In this document: in pieces, positions 52,124-61,543 of the stretch
How the letters are laid out: the number at the start of each line of letters is the position of its first letter
How positions within the stretch are numbered: position 1 is the first letter of the stretch
DNA from: a virus
DNA: 64,000 bases
Direction: 5' to 3' (one strand)
IMG/VR virus record: IMGVR_UViG_3300033141_001941
Location: 1-64,000 of that record
Program-made: the position numbers and the translations under genes
The notes under the pieces: model-generated
Databases searched by the model: none
The model's input: only the letters and a program-made list of their open reading frames with translations
Told to the model about the DNA's origin: nothing

Positions 52124-53156
52124 ATCTTGGCTTCCTCTTTGTTCTTATCTCCTTCTCAACCTCAACCCAACAAGCACCAACAATCTGCCTTAACTTCCAC
52201 TCCTCCCCAACACTCTCGATATGAGATATAAGTGCATCCCTCGTCGCGTTAATGAAATCCCCCTGTGTGTTTATGCGCGCCCTACCACCACCAGTCCAAA
52301 ACCCCTCATCGACCAGCCAGTCAACCATACTACCAACATCGTCAATGCCGTAGTCATAAATGATATCAAACTCAACATCGCGCAGCTTACCAGTCACCTT
52401 ATTCTTCTTGCAGCGGACACGAGTCCGAACTCCGACATCCCTACCCTTCCGCTTTATGTGCTTCTTGACTGCCATCCACAACTCATGTGAGGAGTAAAAC
52501 CGCAAAGCACGCCCACCACTTCTACTTTTCTTTTCACCAAACGCTACACCAATATTGTCACGAGTCTGCGACACGACAACAACAAGAGATTCCGTATCAC
52601 TAACTTTGCTCACAATTTGCCGCAACATCTCACTAGATGCAATTGCCTTCTCAGTCTTCCATCCACCTTTCCCAACATACTTCCTCTCCAACTCCTCCTC
52701 ACTAGTAAGCGCATCAAAGCTATCAAGAACATATACAAACGGCTCACCAGATTCCACAACAGACATCATATTTCTATACCAATCCTGAATCGTCACGCTC
52801 ACAATGGAAGTATCTACCCTATCGCTTATACCAGATCCAAACAACCTCTCTAACTGAAAAAACAACGCTGACTCCGGCTCGTCGTATATAAGACGATACT
52901 TGCTAAAAGCATCAGTATGAGCCAACTCAGCAAACACAGACCAAGCAAGGAATGTCTTCCCGCTACTACTATCCCCCACAATGTTAACAATACTCCCACG
53001 CTGGAAACCGCCGTCTATAGAATCGCACAAAGCCAAATTAAGAAGCGTCGAGCCGGTCTGCATGAAAACAGACCGACCCGACTTCCCGCAGCCCGAGGAG
53101 GTCGTTTTAGGCACAGTAGAAACCTTCTCACACCCTCTACCAAGAATCCCTACCAT
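52107..53156 (-). CDS. RecA-family recombinase
   Basis: TGSTLLNLALCDSIDGGFQRGSIVNIVGDSSSGKTFLA is RecA-like, including Walker A. ...SGGRALRFYSSHELWM...CKKNKV...IIYDYGID parallels the RecA core. Confidence 0.75.
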   Translation of the reverse strand: MVGILGRGCEKVSTVPKTTSSGCGKSGRSVFMQTGSTLLNLALCDSIDGGFQRGSIVNIVGDSSSGKTFLAWSVFAELAHTDAFSKYRLIYDEPESALFFQLERLFGSGISDRVDTSIVSVTIQDWYRNMMSVVESGEPFVYVLDSFDALTSEEELERKYVGKGGWKTEKAIASSEMLRQIVSKVSDTESLVVVVSQTRDNIGVAFGEKKSRSGGRALRFYSSHELWMAVKKHIKRKGRDVGVRTRVRCKKNKVTGKLRDVEFDIIYDYGIDDVGSMVDWLVDEGFWTGGGRARINTQGDFINATRDALISHIESVGEEWKLRQIVGACWVEVEKEIRTKRKPRYGEVS

Positions 53157-53165
53157 AGTCTTTAC

Positions 53166-54320
53166 CTACTTTCTACGACCTCCAGACCGGCCCGAGCTAC
53201 GTTTCTTAGTAGCACGAAAACACTCATCATACAGCTCTTCCGGGCAGTCTTCACACTCATCAAGCAAGTTATTGTCTACACCAAAACACGCAGGCCGCTT
53301 CCCCCGACCAGAACGCGCCCGACCGGTATCAGCAGTAGGCGTGTCATTATCGTCGTCCGTGTCAGCATCATCCTCATCATGTCTACTCCTCGCACGCCTA
53401 CCGCGACCTCGCAACCCGCGCCTGCCAACGTCAAGCCCGGTGTCGTCTGCATCCCACGGCGCGTCATCTTCCTCCTCATCCTCCGCAACATCAGCAGCGG
53501 CCGACGCACCATGAAGCATCTCATATATCTCATCATATGAGCGTATCCTAACCAACCCCTCCAAGTCGTAGCTGCTATTGTAGTACTCGTCGAACTCCTC
53601 ATCAGAAATTTCATCCTCTTTTCTGCGCTGTAGCACCTCAATATTGTCGTACTCAGTATTGAGTCCCTTACCGATGCGCTCAAAGAAGACATTCCATCCC
53701 TCATCAGGTTGGTAATACGGCTTTCCTGCAAACTCACCGGTGCGTCTATCCCGTTTGGTGGCTATCTTAGACAAAACACCCTCGATGCTCTTAAACGGCG
53801 CGTCCCAAACCTGAATACCCTTTTCAAACTCTTTATCAGAATCAAAGCAAATCACGTTGTAGTAAACACGCTTCGTCCTTGATAACGCCCGCACCTGTTC
53901 ATCGGTGTAATCCAACCCCTCCTCATCCATGAGACGTTTTCGCTCTTCACAAATAGGACATTTCTTGTTCACAGACGCCAGACACACAACAGCATCAGAA
54001 TTAATACCAACATCATAGTGAACCCACAAAGCAAGCTTATAATCCCAAGTGCTGCCGCTGCTCAATTCCTCATCACTAAACGGCGCGTTCAACGGACTAT
54101 CCGGAAACCGAAGCGGACCGTTCTTATCACAATCAACAAAGAACGGGATGATAGCCAACTCATGCTCCCCCTTTGTGCACTCCCAAAACGGTGGGTCTTC
54201 CGTAAATACAGACGCAAACTTGCCGGAGTCTTCACGATGCTCATATGAATGCTGCGCCCGCCGCTGCATACCAGACATATCCGGCCTACCACGCCCTTTA
54301 CGCCTACTTCTTCTTCCCAT
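53166..54320 (-). CDS. gp32-like single-stranded DNA-binding protein (probable)
   Basis: The zinc-site-like spacing H-x12-C-x8-C-x2-C (LWVHYDVGINSDAVVCLASVNKKCPIC) is similar to T4 gp32. There is an acidic C-terminal tail (EDEEEDDAPWDADD...), then an Arg/Asp-rich tail. Confidence 0.5.
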   Translation of the reverse strand: MGRRSRRKGRGRPDMSGMQRRAQHSYEHREDSGKFASVFTEDPPFWECTKGEHELAIIPFFVDCDKNGPLRFPDSPLNAPFSDEELSSGSTWDYKLALWVHYDVGINSDAVVCLASVNKKCPICEERKRLMDEEGLDYTDEQVRALSRTKRVYYNVICFDSDKEFEKGIQVWDAPFKSIEGVLSKIATKRDRRTGEFAGKPYYQPDEGWNVFFERIGKGLNTEYDNIEVLQRRKEDEISDEEFDEYYNSSYDLEGLVRIRSYDEIYEMLHGASAAADVAEDEEEDDAPWDADDTGLDVGRRGLRGRGRRARSRHDEDDADTDDDNDTPTADTGRARSGRGKRPACFGVDNNLLDECEDCPEELYDECFRATKKRSSGRSGGRRK

Positions 54321-54771
54321 GATCATTCCTCCTTCCTAACTTTCTCCTCAGTGAATGAGACGCATCGTTCTTCACTTCTATAACAGAATAATACTCACCT
54401 ATATAAAGCTCAGCCAACACTTTAATCATCTGCTTCCGCTGCTCCAAAGCGTCTTTGGTGCCAAGCAGCACATTCAACTTACGTTGAGCATCTTGTAACT
54501 CCTTACGCAACCCTATCACGTCGCCATCGAGCGAAATAATTGACTTTACCGCCCGCTCCTTTACTCCATCCAGACCGAACTTCGCCGGGTCAGACCGGAT
54601 CTTTAAATCCAACTCCGCCGTCACTTCCTCCAACTCCAACAAGAGATTATCAACTTTTCTCCTAGCAGCCTCAACCTCCTTCACACACTCCATATACCAT
54701 TGTGGCTGCACGGCAGCATCATTATGCAAATTGTACTTATCAACAGTAAAATCTTTCACAACAACCTCCAT
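54304..54771 (-). CDS. Coiled-coil hypothetical protein
   Basis: 155-aa ORF. Confidence 0.5.
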   Translation of the reverse strand: MEVVVKDFTVDKYNLHNDAAVQPQWYMECVKEVEAARRKVDNLLLELEEVTAELDLKIRSDPAKFGLDGVKERAVKSIISLDGDVIGLRKELQDAQRKLNVLLGTKDALEQRKQMIKVLAELYIGEYYSVIEVKNDASHSLRRKLGRRNDHGKKK

Positions 54772-54782
54772 TTAGGAATAAA

Positions 54783-55691
54783 TTATACCATATGCGTCGC
54801 GTCAAACACCGATAAAATCAACCCTGCACGACCAGAAGAAAAATAATCATCCTCAAAAGCTTCAAGCATATCCCGCAATACTACATCATCGCGTCCTAAC
54901 ATCATCTTACCAAGATACCCAAGAATAGCCCGCCGGACCTGCTCCGGGTCAGCCTTCAATCTAGAGAGCACATCACAAGCCGCCTTCCACCCCTTCCGCT
55001 TAACAATAACGTGTATAAGCTCCAAAACCTCCGGGTCCTCAGCAGTCCCAGCACGCGCCAAAGCCACAGCGTCATCAACGGAATCAACACTACAAACCTT
55101 TTCCAGCAATCCAAGCGCATCACGAGGTATGCCCCCACTCGCGCTTATAATGCTTCTCATAACATGCGGCTCGATATCTATACCCTCCGCAGCCATAACA
55201 TTGCTAAGCAAACCTGACATGTCCTTTCTAGACAAAGGAGAAAAAGAAAATGTACCAGCAGACGCCCTACTCTTTATCGTAGGAATAACTTTTCTGTGAT
55301 CTGTAGTACATAGAATAAAATACACATGCTCAGGCGGCTCCTCTAAAATCTTCAACAAACTGTCCTGAGCATTCGCGGTAAACCTATGACACTCATCAAT
55401 AATGTATACCTTCACATGTCCTATAATAGGAGCCAAATACGCAGTTGATACCAACTTACGTGCGTCGTCAACACCAGTCTGATCGGCGGCGTTAAGCTCA
55501 AAAATACAAGACTCATCGGCACCCAGCATACTTGCAATAATACGCGCAGTAGTAGTCTTCCCGCATCCACGCGACCCGTATAATAGGTAGCAATGCACTT
55601 TACCAATGGACGCTTCTATAGCACGCTTTATAGCGTCGTTACCAAACAACTCATCAAACGTCTTCGGTCTATACTTAGTAGCAAGTCCCAT
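54783..55691 (-). CDS. Clamp-loader AAA+ ATPase (DnaX/RFC-like)
   Basis: KYRPKTFDELFGNDAIK...LLYGSRGCGKTTTARI and VYIIDECHRF (Walker B), with an SRA sensor. Confidence 0.8.
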   Translation of the reverse strand: MGLATKYRPKTFDELFGNDAIKRAIEASIGKVHCYLLYGSRGCGKTTTARIIASMLGADESCIFELNAADQTGVDDARKLVSTAYLAPIIGHVKVYIIDECHRFTANAQDSLLKILEEPPEHVYFILCTTDHRKVIPTIKSRASAGTFSFSPLSRKDMSGLLSNVMAAEGIDIEPHVMRSIISASGGIPRDALGLLEKVCSVDSVDDAVALARAGTAEDPEVLELIHVIVKRKGWKAACDVLSRLKADPEQVRRAILGYLGKMMLGRDDVVLRDMLEAFEDDYFSSGRAGLILSVFDATHMV

Positions 55692-55695
55692 TTCC

Positions 55696-58293
55696 TCACC
55701 CCTTAGTAGCTAACCAGTTATCTCCATCATGCCATTCCACCTCCAGTGGAACGATAATCCACGGACAGGCTTCCCGTATATCTTCTGTCATTATCCTAGT
55801 CGCAACTTCTCTAGTCTTAGCAAGATCCGCCTCCGGAGTATCAAACAATTTCTCATCATGCACCTGCCCTACTAGCATACCATATTTACTCGAAAAATCA
55901 TTCTTCTCATATTGGATTATACTCCATAGCAAACAGTGAAACGCCGGTCCCTGAATCGGAAAATTATATATCTTATTACGATCCAAATACCCACGTCTAC
56001 AAAAGCCCCACGCATCATCCCTCACCATACCAGTCTCAGCATACTTCTTAACCTTCTCATCCTGCCATTTCCGCACACCACTAAACTCAGACCAAAAACG
56101 CCTCTCACACCGCATTAAATGCCTCTCCCACCTAATAGCTCTCCTACGCGCAGTCATAGTCCGCATGAAGTGTTCCGGTGGCGGCATCCTAACAGCAATT
56201 GACTTATACCAACTCCCGTAAAACAACGGGAACGTCCAGCCGTTCTTTATCGCCGATCTAAAACCATCGACGCGCTCATCCCTATCATCAAGCATCATAA
56301 CAATCAACGTCCAGTCGCGGTGCATATCACCACCACCAACGATGTAGTCAACCAACCGCCCGTCACGACTAGCACAAGCCAATATACGAACCTCCATAGA
56401 CGAATAGTCACCAGCAAGAAATCTGTTTCCCTCTCTTGGTATAAACAAACTCCGCAACACAGCCATTTGCTTGTCCCTAACCGGCACGTTTTGAAAATTC
56501 GGATCATAACTCGACGACCTATACGACCTTGGTATAGTCAAACTAACAGACGGGTAGATATATCCATCTACCTGCAACTTTAGGTAGCCCTTAAGATATC
56601 CGTACCGCTTCTCTAATTTACGATGTGATAACTCGTTGGCTATTAACTCCACACTATCAGCATATCTCCTAAGCGACTCATCATCTACAGAAAATCCCGT
56701 CTTTGTTTTGCGTAATGGCTCCAACTTAAGTATATCATACAACAATATCTGCAAATCCTTACCAGATAACTGCTTCTTATACCCAGGCGGCCTGCCCACC
56801 AATTTCTCAAAACGAACAACAGCGGGATCGGTAAGCACCCGTTCCTTTAACTCCTTCAGCTCCTCCGCCCACTCACGTTCAAACCGCTCCGCCCTATCCA
56901 CATCAAACCTAATTCCCCTGTCCTCCATACGAGCCAGCGCTAACGAACCATCGTGCAGAAGCTTATAAGCCTTCTCCAAACCATTAGCTCGAATCAACTT
57001 CTTCTGCTTATTATATAAACGCCGCGTGAATAAAGCATCCCTTCCGCAGTACACAAACGATTTATCAGAAGGATACCGCTCAAAGTCATTACGCTTTCCA
57101 ATATCCGCCTTAAGATACGGAGCAATATCACTACCATAATGATACCCCCAATTCAAAAAAACCTGCGTCTTCAGACTTTTAACACCACGGGCTTCATCCA
57201 AAACGTGTGCAGCAGTCATAGTACACCACCGCCAGTTGTTTGCCAACACACCAAATACACTACGAGTGAACCGATCTTCAAACTTCATGTTATGTGCTAT
57301 CTTACCAGCACACCCGGTCATTATGTTGCGCCAGGCAGTAGTAATAGCGTCAAACTCCTTCCTCGACCACCACGGCCTCCCGTTAGGCCGCCGCATATTA
57401 TACGGAAACACATATGACACTTTACTAGAATGAGCAAAACTAATCATATGTACATCATGACAACCCTCATGCACGCGAAAACTACTTGTCTCATAATCAA
57501 ACGCAAACGCATCAGCTTCAGACCACACATCATCCAACAACTGCATAACAGCATCAAAGTCAGTAAGCGCGTTGATACTATTTTCATGAAGATCAAAACT
57601 TGGTCGCCCCCTCCCAACAACCGACGCAAATACAGCCATATCAAAAGCAAATATGTGCTCCTTATCCTCATTCCCACGAACTATGTATGACGGGTGGTAA
57701 GAATGACACACCCACGCTTTGAGACGCCTATCAGGAATAATCTTGCCGCGCAGGGCCGCAACACCCAACTGTCCACTAGCACGCTGCTTAGATATACCAA
57801 GACGCCTATACTCATCACACCCGTAGAATGAATTTATGGCGGCATCACCAACAAGCAGAATAACACGCGGCCTGTACTCGTTAAAAACGCTAACTTTGCG
57901 CCCATAACAACACTTTATCTCAGTAAGAGTCGGCGGCCTATTGACCAACCCGCCGCGTTTACTACGAGCAGTAGGTCTACAATCTACGGCATTGATAACA
58001 ACACAATCACGCGGCATGTTAATACCAACAGCACTCAAATGCTGCCGAAAAAACTTACCAACCTTACCACAAAATGGCTCTCCTTCAACATCTTCTGTCT
58101 CACCAGGCGCTTCACCCTGAATACAAACTTTCTTACGAAACTCACCAAACGGTTTAAGCTTCGGAGTAATAGCAGTTTTATACAACCCGCAAACACTGCA
58201 ATCAAACACACCAGCCGCAGGTCTGGCACCACGTGGGCGCCGTGTATCGTTAACCTTCTTATATTTACTAATATCAAAAAAACTCTTCAGCAT
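55696..58293 (-). CDS. Family-A DNA polymerase with N-terminal family-4 UDG-like domain and 3'-5' exonuclease region
   Basis: The UDG4 motifs are CSVCGLY, IQGEAPGETEDVEGEPFCGKVGKFF and HSYHPSYIVRG. The C-terminal pol motifs are ...DYSSMEVRILA..., ...KNGWTFPLFYG... and ...VGQVHDEKLFD. Confidence 0.8.
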   Translation of the reverse strand: MLKSFFDISKYKKVNDTRRPRGARPAAGVFDCSVCGLYKTAITPKLKPFGEFRKKVCIQGEAPGETEDVEGEPFCGKVGKFFRQHLSAVGINMPRDCVVINAVDCRPTARSKRGGLVNRPPTLTEIKCCYGRKVSVFNEYRPRVILLVGDAAINSFYGCDEYRRLGISKQRASGQLGVAALRGKIIPDRRLKAWVCHSYHPSYIVRGNEDKEHIFAFDMAVFASVVGRGRPSFDLHENSINALTDFDAVMQLLDDVWSEADAFAFDYETSSFRVHEGCHDVHMISFAHSSKVSYVFPYNMRRPNGRPWWSRKEFDAITTAWRNIMTGCAGKIAHNMKFEDRFTRSVFGVLANNWRWCTMTAAHVLDEARGVKSLKTQVFLNWGYHYGSDIAPYLKADIGKRNDFERYPSDKSFVYCGRDALFTRRLYNKQKKLIRANGLEKAYKLLHDGSLALARMEDRGIRFDVDRAERFEREWAEELKELKERVLTDPAVVRFEKLVGRPPGYKKQLSGKDLQILLYDILKLEPLRKTKTGFSVDDESLRRYADSVELIANELSHRKLEKRYGYLKGYLKLQVDGYIYPSVSLTIPRSYRSSSYDPNFQNVPVRDKQMAVLRSLFIPREGNRFLAGDYSSMEVRILACASRDGRLVDYIVGGGDMHRDWTLIVMMLDDRDERVDGFRSAIKNGWTFPLFYGSWYKSIAVRMPPPEHFMRTMTARRRAIRWERHLMRCERRFWSEFSGVRKWQDEKVKKYAETGMVRDDAWGFCRRGYLDRNKIYNFPIQGPAFHCLLWSIIQYEKNDFSSKYGMLVGQVHDEKLFDTPEADLAKTREVATRIMTEDIREACPWIIVPLEVEWHDGDNWLATKG

Positions 58294-58331
58294 TAGCGCA
58301 AATCAGCTCCACAGACTTATTCTAACAATCA

Positions 58332-59504
58332 TCAACACGACTCCCACTTCTCCCAATCGCGCTCATTAAATCTGTTACTCACACGAAGCCCGCGATTGTA
58401 CCGCTTGATTATAAAATCCTCAAACGAAAAACGCCTATTACCTTTAAACATCCAATACTCAAAAAATGCACGTACAAGATTTGCAGTCCAGTTAGAAGAA
58501 ACATACATTGGTTTTCTACTAACAGCATCAAGAGGAATAAAACGCTCTGGATACCCCCACACACCCAACCTATCACATTCTTGCATCCTATAATGCGCTT
58601 CTTTTGGAGTATCATCAAAATTATAAAGCACAAAAATAAATATACTACGTTGCGGAACACCAGCAGACAACAACCGCTCAACAGCAACTTGAAATATTCC
58701 GTCCTCAACAATCCTGTCAAACGCTAATCTCAAACCACCCGGCCTATACACAACCGAAGCCAACATATCGGCCATCCCAACAGTAACAAATTTATTGTCT
58801 ACGCCATTATTAAACATAACAGGTTTTCCTAAAGCAGCCAAATACTCCATAACATTTGCAAAATGATTTTTCTTTTTCACGAAAGCTGTTAAATTATTGT
58901 CGGAGAGCATAACATAAGGCCGATCATCAACTATCAACGACTTCCAATCTGGATTTATCCATAGTCTAGGTTCCAACTTGTTTACCGCGCAGTACTTACA
59001 ATTATTAGGACAGCCCCTCGTGGTAACCAAATAGCTATACTTAGCAAACTCTCCTGATAACTTATAATCCAAGGAGTAGTCCGGTGGCTGCATATCAAGA
59101 ACTGGGGAACATGCTTTAAATATAAACAGATTTTTATGCCCAGCACATAAATGTTCAGGCATTAAAGTAGCATACACCCCACCAACCAGTATAGGAACAT
59201 CCGTGTCAATAGCGCGCACACCGCGTATAGCTTCATGCACATAAGCGGAATCATACGTAAAACACGTAGTAAGACAAACAAGATCATACCTTTTTTTGCT
59301 GTAGCTAAAGTATCTACCGTATGCCACATCACACCCATGCGCCTTTAAATACCCAGACACTTTAGCCAGCCCACTAGGCAAATACTTACGCTTAACATTA
59401 GGCTCCAATAAAAAAACACGTTTGCTATTTGCCAAAAGCCGCAACATCTCCTGCTCTGATACAAAATTCGGCTTGCCCCGCTCCTCTGCAAATAACTTCT
59501 TCAT
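58332..59504 (-). CDS. Radical SAM enzyme with N-terminal B12-binding-like (class B-like) domain
   Basis: The CxxxCxxC motif is TTRGCPNNCKYCAV (nt 58989-59012). The N-terminal Rossmann-like segment is RVFLLEPN...LAKVSGYLKAHGCDV...DLVCLTT...VPILVGGVYATLMPE. Confidence 0.7.
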   Translation of the reverse strand: MKKLFAEERGKPNFVSEQEMLRLLANSKRVFLLEPNVKRKYLPSGLAKVSGYLKAHGCDVAYGRYFSYSKKRYDLVCLTTCFTYDSAYVHEAIRGVRAIDTDVPILVGGVYATLMPEHLCAGHKNLFIFKACSPVLDMQPPDYSLDYKLSGEFAKYSYLVTTRGCPNNCKYCAVNKLEPRLWINPDWKSLIVDDRPYVMLSDNNLTAFVKKKNHFANVMEYLAALGKPVMFNNGVDNKFVTVGMADMLASVVYRPGGLRLAFDRIVEDGIFQVAVERLLSAGVPQRSIFIFVLYNFDDTPKEAHYRMQECDRLGVWGYPERFIPLDAVSRKPMYVSSNWTANLVRAFFEYWMFKGNRRFSFEDFIIKRYNRGLRVSNRFNERDWEKWESC

Positions 59505-59509
59505 ACTAC

Positions 59510-60604
59510 CTACTCATCAGCATCAACATGCAAAGGCACCAAATATTTAAAATTGCCGTCGCCCGACTTAAATATAATTCTACCACTTCCTTTAGTGTAA
59601 TAAAAAGTATCGGCTTTTCCAAAAGCAGCCTTAATAAAACCAGGACTAACGTTAATAACAAATTCCCCGTCAACTAATCCGTCAATATTGGTAGAATCTT
59701 CCACCCAACCAACGCCGTCCTTTTCAGCTCGTACGTGTACTCCAACTTTAGAGAAAGTAACCCGCACATTCCTGTATATCTCCACATTCTCGTCTATAAC
59801 AGTCTCAACACGCCGAAACATATCACTAATATCAGGAAGTTTAACAGTCACAACATCGCCGCCGCTATCAGAAAACACACTTAACAAATCAGCAGGATCA
59901 GGAAACATACAATCCCCTATACCTAACAGCACAAACCCAACAACCGTAGAAGAACTACCAAGTCTCAAAAACATAGTAGACCGCCCCTTCACAACAGAAA
60001 CTTTATCTGCATTAAGCTTTAGATTACACAAATCCTTAATCACACTAACAGGAATAAGACAAGGTGCACTTACAGGCACACGCTTACTAAGCGTATACCA
60101 CGCGCACCTATAAGAATCGGTAGCGATACAATCCAAACCACCTACATATACAGCATCAAGAGTATACATACCATAACCGCTATCGTAGGCCGCAAAACTA
60201 CACATATCAAGAGCAGACAAAAATTCAGCCGGAACGGCTTTATATGACTTCGCTGTAACCCCACTCATAGCACCCTTAATACGATTCGCCGCATCACCAA
60301 TCTTATCACTCCCATAATGCACTAAAGCCGCAGTAGTAGTAGCAGACCTCAGTTGCAACGCATTATCAGCAAATGATAAAGTAACATCGACATCAGATGG
60401 TAAAGTGCTGATAATAGAAAACAAACGAGTCCCGTCAACACAACATTTAAAAGCCGTTTTAAACGGAGCAATACCAACACGATTACCACAAGCAGCGTAT
60501 ACTCTCTTACCATCAAAAACTACGATCTCCTCACCAGGCACAATAGCCCCACGTACAGCAAATTGAACAGGGCGCAGACTATCACGCAACTCTTTTACTT
60601 TCAT
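59510..60604 (-). CDS. DnaN-like sliding clamp (probable)
   Basis: The start is at 60604 (GGAGG SD; TGATG overlap with the dam stop). ~364 aa with a three-domain beta-rich pattern. It is co-located with the clamp loader and polymerase. Confidence 0.55.
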   Translation of the reverse strand: MKVKELRDSLRPVQFAVRGAIVPGEEIVVFDGKRVYAACGNRVGIAPFKTAFKCCVDGTRLFSIISTLPSDVDVTLSFADNALQLRSATTTAALVHYGSDKIGDAANRIKGAMSGVTAKSYKAVPAEFLSALDMCSFAAYDSGYGMYTLDAVYVGGLDCIATDSYRCAWYTLSKRVPVSAPCLIPVSVIKDLCNLKLNADKVSVVKGRSTMFLRLGSSSTVVGFVLLGIGDCMFPDPADLLSVFSDSGGDVVTVKLPDISDMFRRVETVIDENVEIYRNVRVTFSKVGVHVRAEKDGVGWVEDSTNIDGLVDGEFVINVSPGFIKAAFGKADTFYYTKGSGRIIFKSGDGNFKYLVPLHVDADE

Positions 60605-61452
60605 CAGAATAACCTCCGTACACGAAATCCCGACAATCGGTAATTCATCCAAACGCTATCTACGCGCTTGAGTGCAACTATTTTACCTCCAGCTTTAACA
60701 GAAGAACCCCCAACCCTCGCAGAAGAACTAGTGGATACATCCACCCGATGCCACCCGGCGTCGTCGAGAGGCGCGTACACAGAATGTTTATACCCAGACA
60801 GCATAACCAACCCATTTACTTCAAGCAGAACGTTGACCAACTCTGCATGTTGACCCACAGATGAAAACTCTGTGTTGTATACCCCAACACTCTCAACCCG
60901 CGTCTCCCCAATATACGGCGGATCCATATAAAAAAATGTATCCGGACTATCATACTTATCTATAATATCACGCCAGTCTAAGTTATCCACTTGCACATTA
61001 CGAAACCGCTCAGCGGCACGTGCGACACTTTTAGCGTAATCAAGTATACAAGGATTACTATAACTACACGTATAACTCCAACCACTATACACCCTATTAG
61101 CAAACGCTTGCGATATAGCAACAAACCACATACGTGCCTTTTCCACTTCATCAGCACACTCAGCCCACATAGTCTTACACGCAGTATGTTCACGCCTAGA
61201 ATACGGAGTCAAACGCAAAGCAGCAACTAAAGCCTTCGCTTTCTTTTTATCCCGCAACACCTTAAAAAAATTAAACGCCCCCTCATCCAAGTCATTATAA
61301 ACTTCTAACTCAGATACACAGCTATCCTTAGCAAATAAAAGCGCCGCCCCTCCACCGAAAACTTCAACATATATTCTGTGCTTCGGTATCATACCGACAA
61401 GCACACTAGACAACCTCCTTTTGCCTCCAAAATACATAACAGGAGCTTTCAT
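60604..61452 (-). CDS. dam: DNA adenine methyltransferase (Dam, D12 class)
   Basis: MKAPVMYFGGKRRL...VEVFGGGAALLF and FFYMDPPYIGE (DPPY motif IV). The likely start at 61452 is downstream of the terminator. Confidence 0.85.
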   Translation of the reverse strand: MKAPVMYFGGKRRLSSVLVGMIPKHRIYVEVFGGGAALLFAKDSCVSELEVYNDLDEGAFNFFKVLRDKKKAKALVAALRLTPYSRREHTACKTMWAECADEVEKARMWFVAISQAFANRVYSGWSYTCSYSNPCILDYAKSVARAAERFRNVQVDNLDWRDIIDKYDSPDTFFYMDPPYIGETRVESVGVYNTEFSSVGQHAELVNVLLEVNGLVMLSGYKHSVYAPLDDAGWHRVDVSTSSSARVGGSSVKAGGKIVALKRVDSVWMNYRLSGFRVRRLF

Positions 61453-61476
61453 ACAACCTCCACGAAAAGCAGACAC

Positions 61477-61528
61477 AAAAAAAGCGGTAGCACACAGCGC
61501 CCGTCAATACACGCTGTGTACTACCGCC
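61477..61528 (-). terminator. Strong rho-independent terminator
   Basis: The minus strand has a 16-bp stem GCGGTAGTACACAGCG / CGCTGTGTGCTACCGC (one mismatch) with a 12-nt loop, followed by TTTTTTT. Confidence 0.75.
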
Positions 61529-61543
61529 AGCAACTCATAATCA

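Noticed and set aside
53276-53737. 153-aa ORF nested in the SSB-like gene, and similar nested minus-strand ORFs (e.g. 24367..24897, 2323..2562, 27386..27694, 22919..23278)
   Set aside because: These are alternative frames inside longer, motif-supported genes. Their composition is Arg/Leu-rich, as is typical of out-of-frame translation.
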